A stretch of DNA of 64,000 bases from Candidatus Latescibacterota bacterium (GTDB taxonomy: Bacteria; Latescibacterota; UBA2968; UBA8231), in contig OZ242005.1 in the NCBI GenBank assembly GCA_965204725.1, forward strand, positions 3,072,001 through 3,136,000. The letters run 5' to 3'. The position numbers and the translations under genes were made by a program. Below the pieces are notes generated by a model. The model had not been told where the DNA came from, did no database searches, and saw only the letters and a list, made by a program, of their open reading frames with translations. Shown piece after piece: positions 18,535 to 27,907 of this stretch (positions are counted from its first letter, which is position 1; every line of letters starts with the position of its first letter).

Positions 18535-20088
18535 CTATTTCTTGTAATTTTTCGGGCAGATGTCCAGTTTTTGGATGCGATACGAGAAAATGCGAGTCGT
18601 GGTGCCGAGGGCGCGGGCGGCCTTGGCCATATTGCCGCGGGCGTTTTTGAGGGCCTCGATGACGATTTCTCGTTCATAAGCCCGCATCATCGTCTCAAAC
18701 GAGCCGGCGACCGGCGTTCCAGTCGCGTCCGCCGTTTGCAGGGAAGGGGGCAGGTGGTGGCCGTGGATGACGCCGTCGTTGCTGAGAATGATCGCCCGTT
18801 CAATGCAGTTTTCCAACTCGCGCACGTTGCCCGGCCAGTGGTAGCTCATCATCATGTCAATGGCGGGCGTAGAGATGCGGTACATCTCCACGCCGTGCTG
18901 GCGAGAGTACTTTTCGAGGAAGTGGTCGGCGAGTTGGAGGACGTCGGATTTGCGCTCGCGCAAGGGCGGAATGAAAATGGGAAAGACATTGAGTCGGTAG
19001 AAGAGATCCTCGCGGAAGGCCCCCTCGGCCATGGCTTTTTCCAAGTCGATGTGGGTCGCCGCGACGACGCGGACATCAATCGCTATAGGACCGCGGCCGC
19101 CGAGGCGCTCGACCTCGCGGTTTTGCAACACGCGGAGCAGCTTGACTTGGGTGCCGAGGCTGAGCTCGCCGATTTCATCGAGGAAGATCGTCCCGCCGCG
19201 GGCGCGCTCAAACCGGCCGGCTTTGCTCGTCGAGGCCCCGGTGTACGCGCCGCGCTCGTGGCCGAATAACTCGGCTTCGACCAAGGTCTCCGGCAGGGCC
19301 GCAACATGCACTTTGACAAAGGGCTTGTCGGCACGTAAGCTGTTGTAATGTATGGCATCTGCGGCAAGTTCCTTACCCGTACCGCTCGCGCCGCGCAACA
19401 GGACCGTGGCGTCGCTGGAGGCCACTTGGCCGATGAGCTGGCCCACCTCCTGCATGGGTCGGGAGTTGCCGATGAGATTGGCGGGGTGGAAGCGCGCGCG
19501 GAGTTCCTTTTGCAGGCGCAAGTTTTCGTCGAGCAGCTCGGTTTGCTCGGCGCGGGCGCGTTGTCGGGCGGCGACCGATTGGCCGATCATGGCGGATATG
19601 ATGGACAGCAGGCGCACGGTATCTTGCAGGCTTTCGTTGTTCTTATAAGGAATATCAACGCTAATGGTGCCTACTACCCGCTGCTGCTGGAGGATCGGTA
19701 CGCAAATAAACGAGGTCTGGCTCTTGGCCGCGCTGCCGCGGGCGCCGGTGCGGTTGAGGAAGAGAGGCTCGCTGCTGATGCGCGGCACGATCACGGGTTT
19801 GCCAGATTCTACGACCTTGCCGGTGACGCCTTCGCCGACGTCGTAACGGCCTCGCTTGATTTCCGATTTCGAGAGTCCATAAGCCACGTCGATGGAGACT
19901 TCGGCGGCCGCTTGGCTCAAGAGGCTGACTGTTCCCAAGCTCATGTCGAGTTGGTCGCACATGAGCTTGAGAATGGCGTTGAGTGCCTCCTCAAACTCGG
20001 TCGTCGAGCCTAGTATTTGCCCGATGCTGTGCAAGATGGAGATCTGTTGTTGCGCTCTGGCGGTCGGTGAGATGGACATTTGAGGCAT
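18535..20088 (-). CDS. NifA-like GAF-AAA+-HTH sigma54 activator
   Basis: GAF with YDVGEGVTGKV...EPLFLNRT...SFICVPI; GASGTGKE, GAYTGA, WPGNVRELEN; C-terminal HTH. Confidence 0.9.
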   Translation of the reverse strand: MPQMSISPTARAQQQISILHSIGQILGSTTEFEEALNAILKLMCDQLDMSLGTVSLLSQAAAEVSIDVAYGLSKSEIKRGRYDVGEGVTGKVVESGKPVIVPRISSEPLFLNRTGARGSAAKSQTSFICVPILQQQRVVGTISVDIPYKNNESLQDTVRLLSIISAMIGQSVAARQRARAEQTELLDENLRLQKELRARFHPANLIGNSRPMQEVGQLIGQVASSDATVLLRGASGTGKELAADAIHYNSLRADKPFVKVHVAALPETLVEAELFGHERGAYTGASTSKAGRFERARGGTIFLDEIGELSLGTQVKLLRVLQNREVERLGGRGPIAIDVRVVAATHIDLEKAMAEGAFREDLFYRLNVFPIFIPPLRERKSDVLQLADHFLEKYSRQHGVEMYRISTPAIDMMMSYHWPGNVRELENCIERAIILSNDGVIHGHHLPPSLQTADATGTPVAGSFETMMRAYEREIVIEALKNARGNMAKAARALGTTTRIFSYRIQKLDICPKNYKK

Positions 20089-20236
20089 CCTGTTCTACGA
20101 CGTTTTTGTCGTTAATATGGATAAAAGCAACATTTTTGTAAATGTAGAAAAACGAAAAATCGGCCAAAATACCGGGGTACGCGCCGAGAGGGGCGTCATT
20201 TTAGTCCATAATAAACGAGGCATCGTACATTGTTGT

Positions 20237-20252
20237 AGCATAAACTATGCCA
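20237..20252 (-). promoter_or_regulatory. Sigma54 promoter of the NifA-like gene
   Basis: Minus strand TGGCATAGTTTATGCT (GG-N10-GC), abutting box GTACATTGTTGTAG at 20225-20238. Confidence 0.6.
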
Positions 20253-20362
20253 TCGCAGGCTAGCGGGTCCGCGGGCAGATCATTGCCGTAACGCATCAAC
20301 TCGGTTATTATTCTGCAATGAGAATTTCTGAAGTCAGCAAACAGAGGTCGTGAGAGGTTGGC

Positions 20363-21136
20363 ATGAGTCGAGATATGACCGACCTATTAAATGAATGGTC
20401 TTTCGATCCAGAGGCGAATGTGCGGAAAGTGTCGGGTAGGGACGGGGTTGCAAAGATCCAGATTCGGGTGGACCAAGGGGCCTTTCAGGGCATTTTGCAG
20501 CTAAACCTCGACGGCCGGCCCGACGGTCGCCGGCCCCACGGGCGGGACTTTGCCCTCGATTACTACCATGACGAACTAAAAAAATACCGCCGCCAGCACG
20601 GGGGCAGCGACGAGGGCTTCGCACTCGACGAAGCGGCTTGCCACGAGCTTTTTGACGAAGGGAGCCGCTTGTACAAGCGCTACGCCTTTCTGCTCCAACT
20701 ACACGACTACCGGCGGGTCGTGCGCGATACCGAGCGCAATATGGTGCTCTTCCGGTTTGTCAATCGCTATGCCGAGGACGAAGAGGACCGCGACAATCTG
20801 GAGAAATGGTGGCCTTATCTCTTGCGCATCAACGGCGTAGCCCGGGCCATGATCGCCATCGGCAACCAAGACTACGACCGGGCGTTGGCCGTCGTGCAGG
20901 GGACCCGCGACCAGATTGGCACGTGGCCCGAGGTGGAGGCCGAGGAGTTCTACATCGAGCGCGAGCGTTCAGAAGCCGCGCTCGAAGAGCTGGAGCAGGA
21001 AATTTTGCAAAAGAGACCGCTGAGCCAAAAGGAGCAGCTAGAGCGCTGGCTACAAGAAGCGGTCGATAGCGAAGAATTTGAAAAAGCCGCGCTCTTGCGC
21101 GACGAACTCAAGAAGTTGCGGGAAGGCGAAGGCTGA
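20363..21136 (+). CDS. UvrB/UvrC-motif-containing protein of unknown function
   Basis: GRPDGRRPHG motif; C-terminal UVR motif LQEAVDSEEFEKAALLRDELK; SD GAGG. Confidence 0.8.
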   Translation: MSRDMTDLLNEWSFDPEANVRKVSGRDGVAKIQIRVDQGAFQGILQLNLDGRPDGRRPHGRDFALDYYHDELKKYRRQHGGSDEGFALDEAACHELFDEGSRLYKRYAFLLQLHDYRRVVRDTERNMVLFRFVNRYAEDEEDRDNLEKWWPYLLRINGVARAMIAIGNQDYDRALAVVQGTRDQIGTWPEVEAEEFYIERERSEAALEELEQEILQKRPLSQKEQLERWLQEAVDSEEFEKAALLRDELKKLREGEG

Positions 21137-21163
21137 GCCGCGTACTGATCCCACCGAATTGCG

Positions 21164-21191
21164 GTCCGCTGCCCGCGCTAGGGCAGCGGAC
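21164..21191. terminator. GC-rich hairpin between convergent genes
   Basis: GTCCGCTGCCC-GCGCTA-GGGCAGCGGAC, a perfect 11-bp stem, with no clear U-tract. Confidence 0.5.
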
Positions 21192-21209
21192 TCTGCAATC
21201 CTTGCAATC

Positions 21210-22082
21210 CTAGTAAAACTCCGTCTCATCCACCAACGCGAGCAGCGACTGGTAGCGAGTCGGGTGGCGGAGCTTGCTCAGGGCGCGTTCCTTGAGCTGG
21301 CGCACGCGCTCCCGCGTCAGGCCCATCAACCCGCCGATCTGCTCCAAGGTCAGAGCTTGGCTGCCATCGAGACCGAAGTAGAGGCGAATGATGCGCAACT
21401 CGCGATCTTCGAGGCTGGCGAGGGCTTCCTCTAAATGGGCGCGGGCCGAGCTTTGCAGGACGTCGCTGTCGGGCGTCTCCTGATTGTCGTCGGCGAGGAG
21501 GCTGAGCAGGCTGCGGTCGTCGTCGTCCTCAAAGGACTCGTCGAGCGAACGCACCGAGCGGGCGCTGAGCATGGTGTCGAGCACTTCCTCGCTCGGCATG
21601 CCGAGCTCTGCGGCGATTTCCTCGACATCCGGCTCGCTCTCGCGACCTTGGCCCAGCTTGCGCACGGCGCGCGAAATGTCCTTGAGCAGGCTGAGCTTGT
21701 TCAGAGGCAGGCGCACGGTGCGAGCGTGCTCGGCGATGGTCTGCAAGATGGACTGCTTGATCCACCACACGGCGTACGAGATAAACTTGTATCCCTTGGT
21801 GCCGTCGAAGCGCTCGGCAGCGGTCAGCAAACCTACGTTGCCCGCGCTGATTAGGTCCTCTAGCGAGAGACCGCGGTTTTGGTAATTTTTGGCCACATCG
21901 ATGACGAAGCGCAGGTTGGCTTGAACCAACTCGTCGCGGGCGACCATGTCGCCGTCTTGGATCCGCGCCGACAGCTCGACTTCCCGCTGGCGGCTCAGCG
22001 GCCTAGAATCGGCGATGTCGTCGAAGTAGAGGCGCAGCGTGTTGTCCTCGTCATTTAGGGCTTCTTGGATCGCGTAAGCCAT
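21210..22082 (-). CDS. RpoD/RpoS-like sigma70-family sigma factor lacking region 1.1
   Basis: SD AAGGGAGG; ANLRFV, DLISAGNVGL, GYKFISYAVWWIKQSI, RTVRLP, TLEQIG...LTRERVRQ. Confidence 0.92.
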   Translation of the reverse strand: MAYAIQEALNDEDNTLRLYFDDIADSRPLSRQREVELSARIQDGDMVARDELVQANLRFVIDVAKNYQNRGLSLEDLISAGNVGLLTAAERFDGTKGYKFISYAVWWIKQSILQTIAEHARTVRLPLNKLSLLKDISRAVRKLGQGRESEPDVEEIAAELGMPSEEVLDTMLSARSVRSLDESFEDDDDRSLLSLLADDNQETPDSDVLQSSARAHLEEALASLEDRELRIIRLYFGLDGSQALTLEQIGGLMGLTRERVRQLKERALSKLRHPTRYQSLLALVDETEFY

Positions 22083-22397
22083 GGCGAAACCTCCCTTGGG
22101 TAATGGGTCAGCAGGTGCAAATTTTTGCACTCGATTGCAACCACTTTGGCCTTGTATCCCGCAAGGCACTCGAATTGCACGAGTTAGAAGCGTCCGGCTT
22201 TAGCTGCTTAAAGTGCAAAATTTGCATTCCTATCGTTTCGGTGCGGGGTTGCAAAGCGTCCCCGCGTTGTTGTGTGCTTAGTCCGACTGGATTGTTTGCT
22301 CTGCATTAACAAACAGTTAAGGTCGCTGGAGGGGGGTGAAGCATCCTCCCGATGCGCGGCTGGCGACCGGCACTCTTTTCGACTCGCGTACTATATA

Positions 22398-22413
22398 AGC
22401 AAATCCAATGCCA
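22398..22413 (-). promoter_or_regulatory. Sigma54 promoter upstream of the sigma70-family gene
   Basis: Minus strand TGGCATTGGATTTGCT; AT-rich tract at 22440-22470; TGCA-N5-TGCA box at 22513-22525. Confidence 0.8.
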
Positions 22414-22592
22414 CACTGGGTTGCCTACTAGCTAAAGTACTGTAAATTATTTATTTACGAAAAATGAACTACTGGGAGAGGATCGCGGCGAGAGGCCGGG
22501 CAAGGGCAAAAGTGCAAAAAATGCAGAAGTCGCCTAAAATTGACGAGTGAGCCGTTGACTGGGCACCGGGTCGGCAACGGCGAATAGAGCGT

Positions 22593-23957
22593 TCACTTCG
22601 TCGTGATGTTGTACCGCTTGATCTTGTACTGAAGGGAGCGGACGCTAATGCCCAAAATGGCGGCCGCTTCGCGCCGGTTGCCCGTGAGGCGTTGGAGGGT
22701 CTGGCGGATGAGCTCGGCTTCGGCCTCTTGTAGAGAAGAGCCGAGGGCCATTGAGAACTGCCCGGGGCCATCGGCCAGCGCGCCGAGCGGACCGGGCAGG
22801 TGCTCGGGGAGAATGACCGCAGCCGACGTGGTGACCACCAGCCGCTGGAGCAGGTTGCGCAACTGGCGCACATTGCCCGGCCAATCGTAGGCGATGAGGC
22901 CCTCCATGGCTTCCGGGCTGATTTTTTTAGCAGGCTTGTTCTGAGCACGGCAGGTTTCGTCGAGGCACATTTCGACTAAGACCGGGATGTCTTCCCGCCG
23001 TTGGCGCAGGGGGGGGATGTCAATGGGGATCACGTTAAGGCGGTAGTACAGGTCTTCGCGGAAGCGGCCTGTTGCTACTGCGTCTTCGAGGTTGCGGTTG
23101 GTCGCGGCGATGATGCGCACATCGGCGCGGTGGACCTGCGGATCCCCGAGCGGTTGGAACTCGTGGGACTCTAGGACGCGCAATAGCTCGACCTGATTTT
23201 TGTGCGGCACCTCGCCGATTTCGTCGAGGAAGAGGGTCCCCTTCTCGGCGAGGGTGAACCGGCCGGGCCGGTCGGCGTGGGCGCTGGTAAAGGCGCCGCG
23301 CTTGTGGCCGAACAACTCGCTGGCAAAAAGCTCTTCGGTAAAGCCGCCGCAGTTGACGGCCACAAAGGGCGCATCGCGGCGTTTGCTGCGGTCGTGGATA
23401 GCGCGTGCGACGAGATCCTTGCCGACGCCGGTCTCGCCGCGCAAGAGCACCGGCACATCCGCTTCGGCCACTTGTTTGATTGTGGCCGCGGCCTCCTGCA
23501 TGGCCGGGCTGCGGCGCACGAGGCGACGGAACGGGGCTTCTTTTTCGAGGCGGTTGTGGAGTTTGCGGTTTTCGACGACGAGTTCAAAGCGATCGAGGGC
23601 GCGGGCGACTACGAGGCGCAGGTGGTCTAGATCGACGGGTTTGGTCACTACGTCGTACGCGCCTTTGCGCATGGCTTCAACCGCGGTGTGAACATTATCG
23701 TGGGCCGTGAGTATGATGCACAAGGTGCCGGGGTGGTGCTGGCCGACCGCCTGCAAAAGCTGGATCCCAGCGGGCCCCGGCATCTGCAAGTCGAGAATCG
23801 CCAAGTGGAAATTGTCGGCTTTCAGCATCCGGCGCACTTGGGCACCGTCCGCAGCGGTTTCAACGGCATAACCGGGTTTTTGTAGGGCCTCTTGTAGCCC
23901 TTCGCGAATAAAGAGCGATTGATCGGCGATGAGGATGTTGGCCTGGAGTTGGGGCAT
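22593..23957 (-). CDS. Sigma54-dependent response regulator (NtrC family), GAFTSA variant
   Basis: Receiver AILDLQMP...VTKP; GETGVGKD, GAFTSA, LFLDEIGE, DLYYRLN; HTH. Confidence 0.9.
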   Translation of the reverse strand: MPQLQANILIADQSLFIREGLQEALQKPGYAVETAADGAQVRRMLKADNFHLAILDLQMPGPAGIQLLQAVGQHHPGTLCIILTAHDNVHTAVEAMRKGAYDVVTKPVDLDHLRLVVARALDRFELVVENRKLHNRLEKEAPFRRLVRRSPAMQEAAATIKQVAEADVPVLLRGETGVGKDLVARAIHDRSKRRDAPFVAVNCGGFTEELFASELFGHKRGAFTSAHADRPGRFTLAEKGTLFLDEIGEVPHKNQVELLRVLESHEFQPLGDPQVHRADVRIIAATNRNLEDAVATGRFREDLYYRLNVIPIDIPPLRQRREDIPVLVEMCLDETCRAQNKPAKKISPEAMEGLIAYDWPGNVRQLRNLLQRLVVTTSAAVILPEHLPGPLGALADGPGQFSMALGSSLQEAEAELIRQTLQRLTGNRREAAAILGISVRSLQYKIKRYNITTK

Positions 23958-24001
23958 GAGCGCTGGTTGACAGGGATGGCAAGAGGACTAGCTTTTCCTG
24001 C

Positions 24002-24730
24002 ATGGAGAATAAGCAAAACGTCGCCGAACACAAGAGGCGCAACCGCGACATGTTCAACGCCATTGCGCGGCGCTACGACTTGCTCAACCACCTCCTCAGC
24101 GGCGGTGTAGATGTGTACTGGCGGCGGCGCGCCCTCAACTGTGCGCTGAAGGCGGCCCCGCAGCGCGTCTTGGATCTGGCTACTGGCACCGGCGACTTTG
24201 CCCTCGCGGCCACCCGCTTAAAACCGCAGCAAGTCGTTGGTATTGACGTGGCCGTTGAGATGCTGCGGCTAGGAGCGGCCAAGGTGGCGGCCAAGGGACC
24301 GGCCACTCGCATTGAGCTGTTAGTCGGCGACGCCGAGCAGTTGCCGTTTCAGAATAGTACCTTCGATATGGTGACCGGGGCCTTTGGGGTGCGCAATTTT
24401 GGCCACATTCCGAGCGGCTTGGCCGAGGCCCACCGCGTCCTCAAGCCCGGCGGTCAGCTCTTGGTACTCGACTTCTGCGAGCCTACGACGCCGCTGTTTC
24501 GGCAGTTGTACGGGTTCTACTTCCACAAAGTGCTGCCCCTGATCGGCGGCCTCGTTTCCGGCCAGCGCCGAGCCTACGCCTACCTGCCGCGCTCGGTGGG
24601 GGCCTTTCCCCAGGGGTCGGCCTTTGTCGAATTGCTCGTCGCGGCCGGTTTCAGCCAGACGCGCTACACGCCCATGACTTGGGGGATTGCCGCGGTGTAC
24701 CAAGGCGTCAAAGGGCCGGTTGACGAATAG
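24002..24730 (+). CDS. menG: Demethylmenaquinone methyltransferase (MenG/UbiE)
   Basis: MFNAIARRYDLLNHLLSGG, VLDLATGTGD, FGVRN, AYAYLPRS. Confidence 0.92.
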   Translation: MENKQNVAEHKRRNRDMFNAIARRYDLLNHLLSGGVDVYWRRRALNCALKAAPQRVLDLATGTGDFALAATRLKPQQVVGIDVAVEMLRLGAAKVAAKGPATRIELLVGDAEQLPFQNSTFDMVTGAFGVRNFGHIPSGLAEAHRVLKPGGQLLVLDFCEPTTPLFRQLYGFYFHKVLPLIGGLVSGQRRAYAYLPRSVGAFPQGSAFVELLVAAGFSQTRYTPMTWGIAAVYQGVKGPVDE

Positions 24731-24748
24731 GATACCCATTGCGTAGTT

Positions 24749-25897
24749 ATGTACGAAACGCGGGAGAAACAAGTGATTTACGACGACCTTATTGGCCGCG
24801 CTGGCCTCGGCGATATCTACCATAAAGTGCTGGCTGGGCAGCGCTTGAGCGCAGACGATGGCCTGCGCCTGTACGCCTGCGATGAGCTGCCCATCTTGGG
24901 CTATCTGGCCAATATCGTCCGCGAGCGCACCAGCGGCGATTCCGCGTTCTACGTGCGCAACCAGCACATCAACTACACCAACATCTGCAACAAGCTCTGC
25001 AAGTTCTGCTCCTTTTATGTCAAGCCCAAAGACGAGCGCGGTTACGTGTTGGCACCCGAGCAGGTCGCCGCGCGGGTCTCCGAGTACGATCAGGCCCCGA
25101 TCACCGAGCTCCACATGGTCGGCGGCGTCAACCCCAAGCTGCCCTATCAATACTATCTCAATGTCTTGCGGGCGATGAAGCAAGCCCGGCCGGCCGCGCA
25201 TCTGAAGGCCTTCACCATGATTGAGATCGCCCAGATTCAGCGCATCGCCAAAAAGCCGCTCGAAGCGGTCTTTGCCGACCTAAAGGAGGCCGGGCTGGAG
25301 TCGCTGCCCGGCGGCGGGGCCGAAGTCTTTAGCGATCGGGTCCAAGGCGACCTTTTCTGGACCAAGGCGGATTCCGAGGAATGGCTGAACATCGCTCAGG
25401 TGGCGCACCGAGCCGGCCTGCCCTCCAACGCCACCATGCTCTATGGTCACATCGAAAACACCGAGGAGAAGGTCTATCACCTCGTGCGGCTGCGCGAAGT
25501 GCAGGACGAGACCGGCGGCTTCCTCTGCTACATCCCGCTTTCCTTCCACCCCGAGCGCACCGAGTTGGAGCACTTGCCCGGGCCTACGGGCTGCCTCGAT
25601 CTCAAGGAAATCGCCGTGGGGCGGCTGATGCTCGACAACTTCCCCCACGTCAAGACCTTCTGGATTATGAATACCATTGAGATTTCGCAGGCCGCGCTCT
25701 GGTACGGGGCCGACGATATCGACGGCACGGTCATGGACTACGAAATCACCCGCAAAAGTTTCACCGCGACCGAGCAGCGGCTGACGCAGGCCGAGCTCGT
25801 GCAGCGCATCGTCGAGGCCGGGCGTCAGCCCATCGAGCGCGACTCCCTCTACAATATCGTCGCCGATACCCCGGCCTTGCTGGCGGCGGCCGGATAG
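24749..25897 (+). CDS. mqnE: Aminofutalosine synthase (radical SAM)
   Basis: NYTNICNKLCKFC, ELHMVGG, HLKAFT, PGGGAE, NATMLYGH, LDNFPHVK; operon context. Confidence 0.88.
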   Translation: MYETREKQVIYDDLIGRAGLGDIYHKVLAGQRLSADDGLRLYACDELPILGYLANIVRERTSGDSAFYVRNQHINYTNICNKLCKFCSFYVKPKDERGYVLAPEQVAARVSEYDQAPITELHMVGGVNPKLPYQYYLNVLRAMKQARPAAHLKAFTMIEIAQIQRIAKKPLEAVFADLKEAGLESLPGGGAEVFSDRVQGDLFWTKADSEEWLNIAQVAHRAGLPSNATMLYGHIENTEEKVYHLVRLREVQDETGGFLCYIPLSFHPERTELEHLPGPTGCLDLKEIAVGRLMLDNFPHVKTFWIMNTIEISQAALWYGADDIDGTVMDYEITRKSFTATEQRLTQAELVQRIVEAGRQPIERDSLYNIVADTPALLAAAG

Positions 25898-27042
25898 TGC
25901 CCGTGATCGCCGATATTGCCGAAAAGGTCTATGCCGGCGAGCGACTCGCGCTCGCGGATGCCCGCCGCCTGTTCGCGCACCCCAACCTCGCCGAGCTGGG
26001 GATGCTGGCGCATTGGGTGCGCCGGCAAAAACACCCCGAGCCAGTGGTCACGTACAACGTCGGGCGCAACATCAACTACACCAATGTCTGCTGGGTCAAG
26101 TGCGACTTTTGCGCCTTCTACCGGCCGCCTAAGTCTAGCGAGGGCTATGTCCTGTCCGACGAGCACATATTTGCCAAAATCGACGAGTTGGTGGCCTTTG
26201 GCGGCGACGAGCCCAAGTCCTGCGAGATCCTCATGCAAGGCGGTCTCAACCCCAAGCTGCGTCTCGATTACTACGAACAGTTGCTCTCGGCCATCAGAGA
26301 CCGCTATCCCCAAGTGCAACTACACTGTCTGTCGGCCACGGAAATCATCTACATCGCGCACCTGTCGCGGCTATCGCTAGCCGCGACCATTCGCCGCCTG
26401 CGCGACGCGGGGCTGGATTCGATCCCCGGGGCCGGGGCTGAGATCCTCAACGACGAGGTGCGCGACATTATCGGCTTTCGCAAGGACCGCACCGAGGAGT
26501 GGCTGGAAGTGCATCGCGTCGCGCACGAGCTGGGGATGCCGACTACGGCCACGATGATGTACGGCCACGTGGAGACGGTCGAACACCGCCTAGAACACCT
26601 AGACCGCCTGCGGCAGCTACAGAACGAACGCGGCGGCTTCACCGCCTTCATTGCTTGGAACTTCCAGCCCGACCACACGGACTTGGGGGCGGACGCGGCC
26701 CGCTGGAACGGTGTCAAAGCGACCGGGTACGACCACCTGCGCACGGTGGCCGTAGCGCGGCTTTTCCTCGACAACATCCCCAGCCTACAGGCCTCGTGGG
26801 TGACCCAAGGGCCTAAAATCGCCCAAGTCAGCTTGCGCTACGGAGTCAACGACTTCGGCAGCACCATGCTCGAAGAAAACGTCGTCAGTGCGGCCGGCAC
26901 CCGCCACACCAACGAGATGGGCTTGGATGCCATGGAACGGCTAATCCGCGACGCTGGCTTTGCGCCGCGCCGGCGCAACACGCGCTACGAGCCGGTGGCT
27001 TCACCCTGTAGGCTCAACGCTTTGCCAGCCATTGCCGGCTAA
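25897..27042 (+). CDS. mqnC: Cyclic dehypoxanthinyl futalosine synthase (radical SAM)
   Basis: RNINYTNVCWVKCDFCAFYR, ILMQGG, QASWVTQG, NDFGSTMLEENVV. Confidence 0.9.
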   Translation: MPVIADIAEKVYAGERLALADARRLFAHPNLAELGMLAHWVRRQKHPEPVVTYNVGRNINYTNVCWVKCDFCAFYRPPKSSEGYVLSDEHIFAKIDELVAFGGDEPKSCEILMQGGLNPKLRLDYYEQLLSAIRDRYPQVQLHCLSATEIIYIAHLSRLSLAATIRRLRDAGLDSIPGAGAEILNDEVRDIIGFRKDRTEEWLEVHRVAHELGMPTTATMMYGHVETVEHRLEHLDRLRQLQNERGGFTAFIAWNFQPDHTDLGADAARWNGVKATGYDHLRTVAVARLFLDNIPSLQASWVTQGPKIAQVSLRYGVNDFGSTMLEENVVSAAGTRHTNEMGLDAMERLIRDAGFAPRRRNTRYEPVASPCRLNALPAIAG

Positions 27043-27102
27043 ACAGGGCCGCTGGTCCCAGCCCTTGCCACGCGCCACGCGCCATCCCCAAGGAGATTTT
27101 CT

Positions 27103-27897
27103 ATGAAGCCGCGCTTGGGCGCGGTCCCGTACCTCAACACGCGGCCCCTCGTCGGTGCCCTCGAGCGCGAGCCCGCGCCTTTCGCGCTGAGTTATTCGGT
27201 GCCCTCGCACTGCGCCAAGGCCCTGGCGGCTGGCGCCATCGACGTGGGGATCATTCCCGCGATCGAATACGCCCGCAGCGTTTGCCCCTACTGGATCGTC
27301 CCCGATATAGCCATTGGTTCGCAGGGTCCGGTGCTGACGGTGCGCCTCTTTTGCCGCCGTCCGCTGCCGCAGATCAAGCGCGTCGCCTTGGCCACCTGTT
27401 CCCGCACTTCAGTCGCTTTGTTGTCCATTCTACTGCGCGAAAAATTCGCGCTCGCTCCCCAGCTAATCGAAATGCCGCCCGATTTGGAGGCCATGCTGGA
27501 GTGTGCTGACGCGGCCCTGCTCATCGGCGATCGGGTCTTCCCGCACTTGGACCGAGACTTGGAGAGCTTGGACTTGGGGCGAGAATGGACGGCCATGACC
27601 GATTTGCCCTTTGTCTTTGCCTTTTGGGCGGGCCGCCCGCAGGCCCTTAGCCCCGCCCAAGTCCAACAATTGCAGTGGGCCAAAGGGCAGGGGGTATGCC
27701 AAGTGCCGTCTATCGCCCAAGCGTACAGCCGAGAATGCGGCGGCTCGCCCGAGTTCTACGAGCGCTACCTGACCCACCACATCCGCTTTGATTTGGACGA
27801 GGCCGCCCAAGCCGGGTTGCGGCTGTTCTATCGGTTGGCTCACCGCCACGGCCTGATCGGCGTGGTCCCTCAACTGCGCTTTTATCCAGCGGTCTGA
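27103..27897 (+). CDS. mqnA: Chorismate dehydratase
   Basis: VPYLNTRPL, SRTSVAL, ALLIGD, DLGREW...LPFVFAFW. Confidence 0.9.
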   Translation: MKPRLGAVPYLNTRPLVGALEREPAPFALSYSVPSHCAKALAAGAIDVGIIPAIEYARSVCPYWIVPDIAIGSQGPVLTVRLFCRRPLPQIKRVALATCSRTSVALLSILLREKFALAPQLIEMPPDLEAMLECADAALLIGDRVFPHLDRDLESLDLGREWTAMTDLPFVFAFWAGRPQALSPAQVQQLQWAKGQGVCQVPSIAQAYSRECGGSPEFYERYLTHHIRFDLDEAAQAGLRLFYRLAHRHGLIGVVPQLRFYPAV

Positions 27898-27907
27898 CGA
27901 GGGCGCG

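Noticed and set aside
18535-20088. Calling the activator nifA and inferring nitrogen fixation
   Set aside because: No nif genes in the window, and the candidate binding boxes differ from TGT-N10-ACA.
24749-27042. CofH/F420 synthesis or a RiPP radical-SAM cluster
   Set aside because: Flanking mqnA, mqnP and menG plus family motifs indicate the standard futalosine pathway; no precursor peptide was seen.
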